This document shows positions 51,038 through 58,649 of a stretch of DNA of 64,000 nt, one piece after another. The notes beneath the pieces were generated by a model. That model was not told the DNA's origin. It saw nothing but the letters and a program-made list of their open reading frames with translations, and made no database searches. This stretch comes from an uncultured Eubacteriales bacterium (GTDB lineage Bacteria > Bacillota > Clostridia > Oscillospirales > Acutalibacteraceae): positions 6,012 to 70,011 of the forward strand of contig ONIC01000096.1 of the NCBI GenBank assembly GCA_900317815.1, written 5' to 3'. Within the stretch, counting starts at the first letter, position 1. The number at the start of each line of letters is the position of its first letter. The position numbers and the translations under genes are program-made.

Positions 51038-52092
51038 TGAAAAAAAGCATAAAAATTCTCAGCACCGTGCTTGCTCTTACTGTCTTGATGACATCATTTG
51101 CTGCGCTTACAGCTTACGGTGACGAAAACGAGAAAAACGGTTCCGCACCCTCGGAATATAACATACTCAAAATATGGTATAAGGCGGATGATTATGTCCT
51201 CACTGACAAAGATATTTCGGTGTATCATATTGCGGATATATCGGCACAGGGAGATTTTTCATATACAGAAGACTTCATAGCTTGTAATATCGAAGTTGAC
51301 GAGCTTTATTCACGCGACAGCTTTGATTCGGTTACATCTGCGTTGTCGTCATATATCTCGCTTAACAGTGTTGCACCGTTTGAGACCGCTCCACTGAATA
51401 ACGAGGGCTGCGCCGTCTTTGAAGACCTGACACGCGGTGTCTATTTTGTAGACGGTTTCTCAGTCAAAAAAGACAGTCTCGCATATTCCTTTGGCTGTGT
51501 GCTTTTTAACTCGTTCTTTACAGAGGAAAAAGCAGATTCTTCCGAGGAAATAAATATTTATCCGAAGCATCAGACATATTCTGCCTCAGATGAAGAGTAC
51601 AGGTGTAAGGTCACAAAGCTCTGGAAAGACAACGGCAAGGAAAGCTCCCGTCCTCAGAGTATCGAGGTCGTTATTTTCAAAAACGGGGAAGAGGATCAGA
51701 GAGTTGTTTTGTCCGATGAAAACAACTGGACGTATTACTGGACAAGCTCCGATTCGGGCGCTGTCTGGAATGTCGCCGAGGTAAACGCTCCGAGCGCTTA
51801 TCGTTCGGAGGTAACGTTGAGCGGATACAATTTCAATATCATAAATTCGGTCATCAACAGCGATACTCCCGACACTCCGACATCTTCCGGGCCCACAGAC
51901 AGCAGCAAGGCTGATAATACGAGCAAACCCGTCTCTCCTGTTTCCAATACGAACGGCGGCAGCGCGTTTTCTCAGGCAGTAAAGACAGGCTTTATCACAA
52001 ATGTGTATTTCTGGATACTTCTGCTCACTGTATCCGGTACTGCTTTTATTCTTTTGAGTGTCGCAGGAAGACGCAAGGAGACTGAAGAATAA
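51037..52092 (+). CDS. Cna-B-domain minor/basal pilin with a non-canonical AVKTG sorting signal
   Basis: Its ATG overlaps the sortase stop (TGATG). Signal peptide. Cna-B-like KVTKLWKDNGKESSRPQSIEVVIFKNGE. C-terminus is QAVKTG, then a hydrophobic segment, then RRKETEE. Confidence 0.75.
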   Translation: MKKSIKILSTVLALTVLMTSFAALTAYGDENEKNGSAPSEYNILKIWYKADDYVLTDKDISVYHIADISAQGDFSYTEDFIACNIEVDELYSRDSFDSVTSALSSYISLNSVAPFETAPLNNEGCAVFEDLTRGVYFVDGFSVKKDSLAYSFGCVLFNSFFTEEKADSSEEINIYPKHQTYSASDEEYRCKVTKLWKDNGKESSRPQSIEVVIFKNGEEDQRVVLSDENNWTYYWTSSDSGAVWNVAEVNAPSAYRSEVTLSGYNFNIINSVINSDTPDTPTSSGPTDSSKADNTSKPVSPVSNTNGGSAFSQAVKTGFITNVYFWILLLTVSGTAFILLSVAGRRKETEE

Positions 52093-52649
52093 TGAAAAGA
52101 TCTTCAAAGAACACAATAATGACGATCATAGGAGCTCTGCTGCTGTTGTCCGCAGCGGGGCTTCTGCTGTTTACAAGGTACAGCGGCAGAATTTCTGAGG
52201 AGAAAAGCTCGGAATATCTGTCTGAATTCGATGAGATCGTTTACGGAGAAAAAGCTGCGCTCGACGGAATGTCGGGCGATATGCCTGTGCTTAGTATTGA
52301 TGGCATAGATATGATCGGGAAGATCGCCGTGCCGTCATACGGAGTATCAATTCCTGTTATGAATGAAAGCATCAATGGCGCAGTATTCCGTATCGTGGGA
52401 AGTCTTTATGATGGCGATCTCACAGTGGTCGGTTCATCGAAAGACCTGCTCTATTGTGCGCAGCAGATTACAACAGGCGATGAGCTTGATTTTACCGATG
52501 TTCAGGGAAACACCTATATTCTCGAAGCCGAGCGCATCTCACATTCGACCGGGCTGCCCGAGAATGAAACATTTGACTGCGATCTGACTCTGATAGTTAA
52601 AAATGAGCTTGATATGAGCTATATAGTGATCTGCTGCAATGAATCGTGA
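52092..52649 (+). CDS. Membrane-anchored sortase-like protein lacking the His/Cys/Arg catalytic residues
   Basis: Start overlaps the previous stop (TAATG). N-terminal TM segment. LSIDGIDMIGKIAVP resembles sortase beta1-beta2. GSSK replaces AHRG and LTLIVKN replaces TLLTCTP. Confidence 0.5.
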   Translation: MKRSSKNTIMTIIGALLLLSAAGLLLFTRYSGRISEEKSSEYLSEFDEIVYGEKAALDGMSGDMPVLSIDGIDMIGKIAVPSYGVSIPVMNESINGAVFRIVGSLYDGDLTVVGSSKDLLYCAQQITTGDELDFTDVQGNTYILEAERISHSTGLPENETFDCDLTLIVKNELDMSYIVICCNES

Positions 52650-52661
52650 ATATCAAAAAGA

Positions 52662-52707
52662 AAACTCCCCTTATGAGGTCCACGTTCGGATTCTCTGAGG
52701 GGAGTTT
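52662..52707. terminator. Bidirectional terminator shared by the pilus operon (+) and the DUF5131 operon (-)
   Basis: AAACTCCCCT / AGGGGAGTTT 10-bp stem with a large loop. Confidence 0.75.
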
Positions 52708-52708
52708 A

Positions 52709-53488
52709 TTAAACGGTGTCAAGTCCCGCTTTTTTTGCCTGTGTATGTTGTTGATCTCTCGGTATATCGTAGATCCTGCTGCCCTTTTTGAATTTTGCGC
52801 CTGTCTGGTGAAAATGAAATCCGACGCCGTATTCAACGCATTGCATATGTGAGCCGAGTATCCATGCAAAGTCGCACAGACGAGCGTTGGGACCCGATTC
52901 ACCGCCAACAGACACACATTCGATCAGTCCTCCGTATTTTTTCAGAAACGGACGTATATTGATGCTTTCAAGCATAGGCTCGTGTATTATTGATCTGTGC
53001 CTGAGCGGCAGTTCCAGAAAAATAGGCAGCCGTGTGTCTGCAAGCGCCTGGTTCTCACAAGTGCAGCAGATCTCGACATTTTCATAGCCGCAGCCCCAGT
53101 CGGAAGGCAGACATTCCCTTATACGCTCCGGTCTTTTCGTGATCATATAGAAAAAGCAATCGGAGCGTTGTCTCATTATGCTCCATGCATCCTGCCGCCA
53201 GAGATCGGCGTCCTTGTGAAAAAAATCAGAGGTAAAGCACGTCATAAAAGTCGTTCCGCTCGGGTATTTGTATTCACCTTTACGACTGCCTGTTCCGTGC
53301 CTTGAGATCGGCAGAGAAAAAGCGGTTGTCTTGTTCAGTACAGTAGTATCTTTTCCGTACTCGGCATCTCTGCGGTATACATAGCAGTTATAGCAGCCTG
53401 GGGAGATCTTTGTGCAGCCGTGCCACGGATTCCACGTCACCGTCTCGACAGCGGCGGACGCTTCGGGGAATAATGACAACTGATACAT
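52709..53488 (-). CDS. DUF5131 (phage Gp37/Gp68) family protein
   Basis: WNPWHGCTKISPGCYNCY N-terminal Cys motif, FTSDFFH, ITKRPERI and GGESGPNAR. The ATG at 53488 has AAGGAG upstream; an alternative ATG lies at 53509. Confidence 0.8.
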   Translation of the reverse strand: MYQLSLFPEASAAVETVTWNPWHGCTKISPGCYNCYVYRRDAEYGKDTTVLNKTTAFSLPISRHGTGSRKGEYKYPSGTTFMTCFTSDFFHKDADLWRQDAWSIMRQRSDCFFYMITKRPERIRECLPSDWGCGYENVEICCTCENQALADTRLPIFLELPLRHRSIIHEPMLESINIRPFLKKYGGLIECVSVGGESGPNARLCDFAWILGSHMQCVEYGVGFHFHQTGAKFKKGSRIYDIPRDQQHTQAKKAGLDTV

Positions 53489-53521
53489 ACGCCCGCCGCT
53501 CCTTTCCATAGTGGTTATCTA

Positions 53522-53785
53522 TCAGAAATAGTAATTGATGACCGAATCGATCGCTCCTACATATTCATATCCCGACTGCTTGTCAGACATCAAGCTGTAG
53601 CTTGTGTCGTTTTTGAACATGGAGAGTTTTCCTTCTCTGTAGGGTTCATCGGTTTTGACAAAAAGCAGCGCGTCTTCTCCGATGCCGTAATCCCTGAAGT
53701 TGATACTGTCCGTTGCTTTGATGAAAGAAACTGTGCTTGCTGGTCGTTTTCCCCCGTATGCCTGTGTAGTAGTCAGATTTGTCAT
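53522..53785 (-). CDS. 87-aa protein, possibly a stand-alone degenerate S24/LexA-like beta-domain
   Basis: Strong RBS (GGAGGAG) 8 nt upstream. By eye it is collinear with the C-terminal domain of the upstream XRE-S24 protein (see findings). Confidence 0.6.
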   Translation of the reverse strand: MTNLTTTQAYGGKRPASTVSFIKATDSINFRDYGIGEDALLFVKTDEPYREGKLSMFKNDTSYSLMSDKQSGYEYVGAIDSVINYYF

Positions 53786-53801
53786 AATATTGCTCCTCCT
53801 C

Positions 53802-54599
53802 TTATCCTCTGTTATTAACAGAAATATATTTTTCTATATCTCTTTTGCTTGCAAGATCCTCAGACTCGTCGATCACGCCTATTACCTTGCCGATGTAAAA
53901 CACATTATCCCAATCGTTGAATGTCATAGTGTCGTAGTTTTCGTTGAATGAGTGAAGACCGTCGCGCTGATACTGCTTGACGTATGTCTCATTGCCGACT
54001 ATAAAAGCGCCGATGTCGCCCGGATTTGGTTTCGGACAATTCGGATATCTCTGAACGAGCAGCAGATCTCCGCTGTGATAGACAGGTTCCATACTGTCAC
54101 CGTTGACCGTGAAAACGCAGTCGGCTCTTTCGACTTCCGGTGAGACGTAAAGATATATAGGCTCGTCGCTCTCCTCAAATTCGGTAGGATCTCCGATACC
54201 TGCGGCAAGCGATCGGCTGTAGTGTATCAGCTCCCTGATCTTCGGGATCTCCTTCTGCTCCTCAATGTACTTGAGCGACTTTATCGTATTATCCACAACA
54301 TACTTGTGATCTTCCTCGAGCGATCGGTAATCGCTCAGCAGAAGTTGTTCGCGTTTTGTATAGCGGAGCATAGGATCTGCTATATCGAATAATTCGTAAA
54401 GCGTGATCCCAAGAGCTTTGCAAAGAAGCGGCAGGGTGTCAACATCGGGTCGTGATCGTCCGTTCTCCCAGTTACTGATCGAATTGCCGACGACTCCGAC
54501 TCGTTTTCCAAGCTCCTTTTGTTCAAGTCCGAGCTTTTCGCGGTAATACTTGATACTTCTGCATACCGGTGACGGAGTTTTCTTTTCGTTTGAAGCCAT
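53802..54599 (-). CDS. XRE-family HTH repressor fused to an S24 (LexA/CI-like) autopeptidase domain
   Basis: HTH segment (LGLEQKELGKRVGVVGNSISNWENGRSRP). S24 Ser box (VNGDSMEP) and Lys box (ETYVKQY). Confidence 0.9.
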   Translation of the reverse strand: MASNEKKTPSPVCRSIKYYREKLGLEQKELGKRVGVVGNSISNWENGRSRPDVDTLPLLCKALGITLYELFDIADPMLRYTKREQLLLSDYRSLEEDHKYVVDNTIKSLKYIEEQKEIPKIRELIHYSRSLAAGIGDPTEFEESDEPIYLYVSPEVERADCVFTVNGDSMEPVYHSGDLLLVQRYPNCPKPNPGDIGAFIVGNETYVKQYQRDGLHSFNENYDTMTFNDWDNVFYIGKVIGVIDESEDLASKRDIEKYISVNNRG

Positions 54600-54649
54600 C
54601 TTGTTTCGCTTCCTTTCATTTCTGCATGTGTGAAATACTCTTTGATATG

Positions 54650-54728
54650 ATTATAGCAAAAGAAACTGCAAGTGTCAATACAGAATGTATCCGAAAATCT
54701 CAAAAACTTGTGATAATAAAACACAAGT
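54650..54728 (-). promoter_or_regulatory. Promoter of the XRE-S24 operon with an upstream inverted repeat (candidate operator)
   Basis: On the minus strand: TTGACA (54678-54673), 17-nt spacer, TATAAT (54655-54650). Inverted repeat ACTTGTG-N9-CACAAGT at 54706-54728. Confidence 0.5.
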
Positions 54729-54800
54729 GACAAAAACGGGACAGGATGATCTTCGCTAAAAAAAGTTCGGCTGCGATCCCGAACTTACACTGTCTAAAAT

Positions 54801-54834
54801 AAAAAAATCCCCGATACCTTTGAGATATCGGGGA
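54801..54834 (-). terminator. Terminator after the CBM21 gene
   Basis: TCCCCGATA / TATCGGGGA stem. The A7 run on the plus strand gives a U-tract on the minus strand. Confidence 0.75.
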
Positions 54835-54849
54835 GAGTACATCTTCTGA

Positions 54850-55599
54850 TTAAAGCTCGATGTAGTAGTTATAATTGTAGTTGCTGCCGAAGTTGTTAGC
54901 CCAGTACTCTGTGCCGTTTACTCTGTAGCAGATCGCATACTCGAAATTCTCATACTCTTCATAGCTGTTGATATCGCTGATATCAATGTATGTTGTCCAG
55001 AGCTCTGTGCCGTCATCGTTAGTGCTGTTGTAGGAGAGAGCCTGATCGCTGTAGGTGTTCCAGCCGTCCGTTGTAAATCTTACGAATACGTTCTTGTTGT
55101 AAGCGTAGTTCTGAAGAACAGCGTCGATACGATACTGTGTGTTGTCGTAGGAACGGAAGTTTCTCTTAGCAGCAACAGGTGCTGTGCCGAGCTTTGCGCC
55201 TGTGTAGTTCTGACCGTTGTTGTTGTCCCAGTATGTAACGCCGTCTGCAACATACTTGAGAACGTACTGGCAGCCGAGTGTGCCGAATGTTGCCTTCCAG
55301 ATCTTAGAGCCGTCGCCGAGTGTTGTTACATACTCAGCTTCGGCATCGCGCCAGCCTGCAGCGATGTTAGCGTAGTAGTGAACGTAAACTTCCTGATTCT
55401 GTGCGTTGTCCTTAGTCTGGATGTATACCTCGTATGACTCGGAACCCCAGTGGGAGAATGTTACGTCTGCCGAATAGAGGCTTACCTTATCTGTGTAAGC
55501 GTTTGCTGTAGTTGTACCTGCGATGCAGAACATGCTGAAGAGTACTGCGAGTGTAAGAAGCATAGCAGCTGCTCTGTTTGCCTTGAATGTCTTTTTCAT
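54850..55599 (-). CDS. Secreted protein made of two tandem CBM21-like (starch/glycogen-binding) modules
   Basis: ATG at 55599 follows GGAGGAG. Signal peptide. Each ~100-aa repeat ends in the CBM21 hallmark (GVTYWDNNNGQNY; FEYAICYRVNGTEYWANNFGSNY). Confidence 0.75.
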   Translation of the reverse strand: MKKTFKANRAAAMLLTLAVLFSMFCIAGTTTANAYTDKVSLYSADVTFSHWGSESYEVYIQTKDNAQNQEVYVHYYANIAAGWRDAEAEYVTTLGDGSKIWKATFGTLGCQYVLKYVADGVTYWDNNNGQNYTGAKLGTAPVAAKRNFRSYDNTQYRIDAVLQNYAYNKNVFVRFTTDGWNTYSDQALSYNSTNDDGTELWTTYIDISDINSYEEYENFEYAICYRVNGTEYWANNFGSNYNYNYYIEL

Positions 55600-55953
55600 T
55601 TTGATCTCCTCCATTTTGTTATGGACTGTTAACTAAGGGTTTTGTCTGTTCCCTTGGTGCGAGTATATAGTAACAGATGAGAAACCAAAAATCAAGCATT
55701 TTCAGACAATCTTCTTTTTAATCTATCTATTGGGTAAATTGAACTAATTATATATTGAGAATTTGTGCAACGTTACATTTTGATTGGTCAACTTACCTAA
55801 CACGACCAACCTGTGTTTGTGCATAGATGCCATACAAATGTGTGGAGATGATATTTTATAAAGAATATAAAAGACAAATCTTTCCCATTTGTTCAATGCA
55901 GTAAGTTAACAAAATATAACAATTTACGATCGGAACGTTCTTGGCATATCTGT

Positions 55954-56495
55954 TTATCTGAACCATTTATCCGCCGCAGTAGGTCTGTCATAACCCCAGT
56001 CTTCGGGGACAGCTTCGGCAGTCTTTAAAAATCCGTTCTTTTCGAGAACTCTTTCGGACGCTTGATTTTCTATCATCGTACTGGCTGTGATTATTTCTAT
56101 ATCGGTATTTGAATAAAGATAATCTACCATAAGAGCGACAGTCCTTGTAGCGATGCCTTTTCCCCAGAACTTAGGGGAAAGCCTGTAGCCGATACACGTT
56201 TTTTGTATCGACTCTTTATAACCGTAAAATTCCGCAAGTCCGCACAATGCTCCGCTGTCCTGAAGTACGATCCCGATATCAGAGATTCTTTTTCCTTAAA
56301 GCTCTTTTCGTAAAGCTCATATATCATAACTTTCATATCTCTGTATTGCTGCTCAAACAAAAAGGTAGGCAGGTATTGGTAGACATTTTTGTCATTTGAA
56401 AATTCGGCTAAGAATTCAGCGTCACTGTATTCCAGCTTTTTTAGTACTATCATTTCATCTTTTAACATCGGTATTTCCGAGAATAGTTTAATCAT
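55954..56495 (-). pseudogene. GNAT (RimJ/RimL-like) N-acetyltransferase interrupted by a frameshift
   Basis: The overlapping ORFs 56124-56495 and 55954-56247 together make one GNAT. The frames switch at an A5 run on the coding strand (plus-strand TTTTT, 56289-56293). Confidence 0.75.
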
Positions 56496-56691
56496 ACGAT
56501 CATCTCCCTTTCCTATTATAGCACATTTTCTGCGATCTGCTTATATATCTTAGAATTTGATTAAAAAAACATTAGATCTTGATTAAACTGTGGAACCGGA
56601 TACTTTTATGATGTATAATAAGCCTGATGAATATGAAAACAAGCTCATGTGATCGTTACTGCAGGTACTCAGAGCGACACGGCGGAAGGTA

Positions 56692-57501
56692 ATGACTATG
56701 TTAAAATATCCTATATTGTTAGTTCACGGAATGGGTTTTCGAGACAACGGTATAATCAATTATTGGGGACGGATACCGAAGATATTTACAGACGACGGGA
56801 ACGAGGTCTTCTACGGCGGTCAGGACAGCAACGGTACGATCGAGGACAATGCACAGATGCTCAGACGACGTATCAGAAGTCTGATCCGAGAAACAGGCTC
56901 CGAAAAGCTCAACGTGATAGCCCACTCAAAGGGCGGAATGGATATGCGCTACGCTATTTGTCAGCTCGGTATGGATAGATACGTTGCCTCGCTGACTACG
57001 ATCAACACACCGCACAACGGTTCAGGATCCATTGATAAGGTACTTATGCTGCCTTCTCCTCTCATCAGGTTTGCAGGCGGCTGCTCCGACTTGTGGCTGA
57101 GATTGCAGGGAGATAAAAACCCGAACGCATACAAGGTCTTTCAGTCGTTCTCTACGGAATACGCAAAGAAATTCAACGAAGAAAATCCCGACTTCCCCGA
57201 TATCTATTATCAAAGCTATGCCTGCGTTATGAAAAACAGCCTGAGCGATATTGTGATGATGATACCTCATGCAATAGTAAATGCTTTTGAGGGTGAAAAT
57301 GATGGTCTTCTCACCCCGGAAGCCGTAAAGCACGGCGACTTCAAGGGCGTTGTCCGCAGCAATTCTGTAAGAGGTATCTCGCACTGTGACGAGGTCGATA
57401 TGCGCCGCCGCAGATTTACCAAAAGACAGGGAGACGGAGTGTCCGATATTCTTGATATGTATCGTGAGATACTGCAAACATTAAAAGAAAAAAATCTGTG
57501 A
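56692..57501 (+). CDS. Alpha/beta-hydrolase lipase/esterase (LipA-like small lipase family)
   Basis: PILLVHGMGF oxyanion region and nucleophile elbow AHSKGG. Confidence 0.8.
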   Translation: MTMLKYPILLVHGMGFRDNGIINYWGRIPKIFTDDGNEVFYGGQDSNGTIEDNAQMLRRRIRSLIRETGSEKLNVIAHSKGGMDMRYAICQLGMDRYVASLTTINTPHNGSGSIDKVLMLPSPLIRFAGGCSDLWLRLQGDKNPNAYKVFQSFSTEYAKKFNEENPDFPDIYYQSYACVMKNSLSDIVMMIPHAIVNAFEGENDGLLTPEAVKHGDFKGVVRSNSVRGISHCDEVDMRRRRFTKRQGDGVSDILDMYREILQTLKEKNL

Positions 57502-57547
57502 AAATAAGTCGGAATGACAGCTTCAAAACGAATAGACAAGCTGACTG

Positions 57548-57590
57548 CGGCACCCTTCCTGTTAAAGGTCGGGTGCTGTTTTCGTTATTC
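57548..57590 (+). terminator. Terminator after the lipase gene
   Basis: CGGCACCC / GGGTGCTG stem (one G-U pair) followed by TTTTCGTT. Confidence 0.55.
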
Positions 57591-57626
57591 TGACTAAATT
57601 GACGGACAATTTTTTTATGCTTCGAC

Positions 57627-57683
57627 ATATTGACACGGTGTCACAATAAATGTATAATAATTATAACGACACAATGTCAATAT
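57627..57683 (+). promoter_or_regulatory. Promoter of the flavin/flavodoxin operon with overlapping palindromes
   Basis: TTGACA (57630-57635), 17-nt spacer, TATAAT (57653-57658). Palindrome TGACAC-G-GTGTCA over the -35. A 9-bp inverted repeat (ATATTGACA ... TGTCAATAT) brackets the promoter. Confidence 0.55.
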
Positions 57684-57712
57684 ATCTTTTACAGATCGAG
57701 GAGAGATGACTT

Positions 57713-58648
57713 ATGAAGAGATTACCGAAAATAGCTCTCGGAGCATGGGCGTGGGGAAATGACGGAACATTCGGCGGCGAGCTTTCATCGGAAACGCTTC
57801 GCCCGATATTTGATACGGCAATGAAAAACGGACTCAACCTCTGGGATACTGCTTACGCTTACGGTATGGGAACATCGGAAAAGGTACTTGCGGGATTTGT
57901 CAGAGAGCTTCCGAGAGACGCTTACCTGATCTCGGATAAGTTCACTCCGCAGTGCGCCGACGGCAGCTCACCGAATGCAATGAGCGATATGATCGGTATG
58001 CAGCTTGAGCTTATGGGACTCGACAGCTTTGATATTTATTGGATCCACAACGTATGGGACGCACCGAAATGGACACAGGAGCTTGCAAAGTATTATGAGG
58101 GCAAGGAGAATGTTCCGCTGCTCGGCGTTTCTAATCACAACCTTGCAGAGATCAAGCAGGCTGATGAGATCTTAAAGTCGCATGGACTAAAGCTGTCTGC
58201 CGTTCAAAATCATTACAGTCTTATCAACCGTTCTTCTGAGAAATCCGGAATACTTGATTATTGCAGAGAGAATGACATTACATTTTTCTCGTATATGGTA
58301 CTTGAGCAGGGCGCTCTCTCGGGCAAGTATGACACATCTCATCCGATGCCTGACGGTTCTGCAAGAGCGCAGACCTACAATCCCGTTCTCGATAAGCTCG
58401 AGATACTGAACACAGAGCTTAAGAGACTTGCCGATAAATACTCGGTCGGCGCGGCGCAGATACCTGTTGCGTGGGCGATCGCGAAGGGAACGCTTCCGAT
58501 CATCGGCGTTACAAAGACGAGCCACGTTGAAGACGCAGTAAAGGCTGCTGATGTTGTTCTGAGCAGCGAAGAGACAGCGGAGCTTGAAGCGCTTGCGGAC
58601 AGTCTCAACATCAATGCGATCCGTTTTTGGGAAAAGGAGATGAAGTGA
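57713..58648 (+). CDS. Aldo/keto reductase
   Basis: 311 aa. LWDTAYAYG motif with the catalytic Asp/Tyr region, and the typical AKR C-terminus. Confidence 0.9.
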   Translation: MKRLPKIALGAWAWGNDGTFGGELSSETLRPIFDTAMKNGLNLWDTAYAYGMGTSEKVLAGFVRELPRDAYLISDKFTPQCADGSSPNAMSDMIGMQLELMGLDSFDIYWIHNVWDAPKWTQELAKYYEGKENVPLLGVSNHNLAEIKQADEILKSHGLKLSAVQNHYSLINRSSEKSGILDYCRENDITFFSYMVLEQGALSGKYDTSHPMPDGSARAQTYNPVLDKLEILNTELKRLADKYSVGAAQIPVAWAIAKGTLPIIGVTKTSHVEDAVKAADVVLSSEETAELEALADSLNINAIRFWEKEMK

Positions 58649-58649
58649 T

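Noticed and set aside
52709-54728. Interpretation of the XRE-S24/DUF5131 region as a prophage or integrative element
   Set aside because: No integrase, recombinase, terminase, capsid or tail genes are present, and no att-like direct repeats were seen in the flanks. Only phage-like families occur. It is reported as a stand-alone operon instead.
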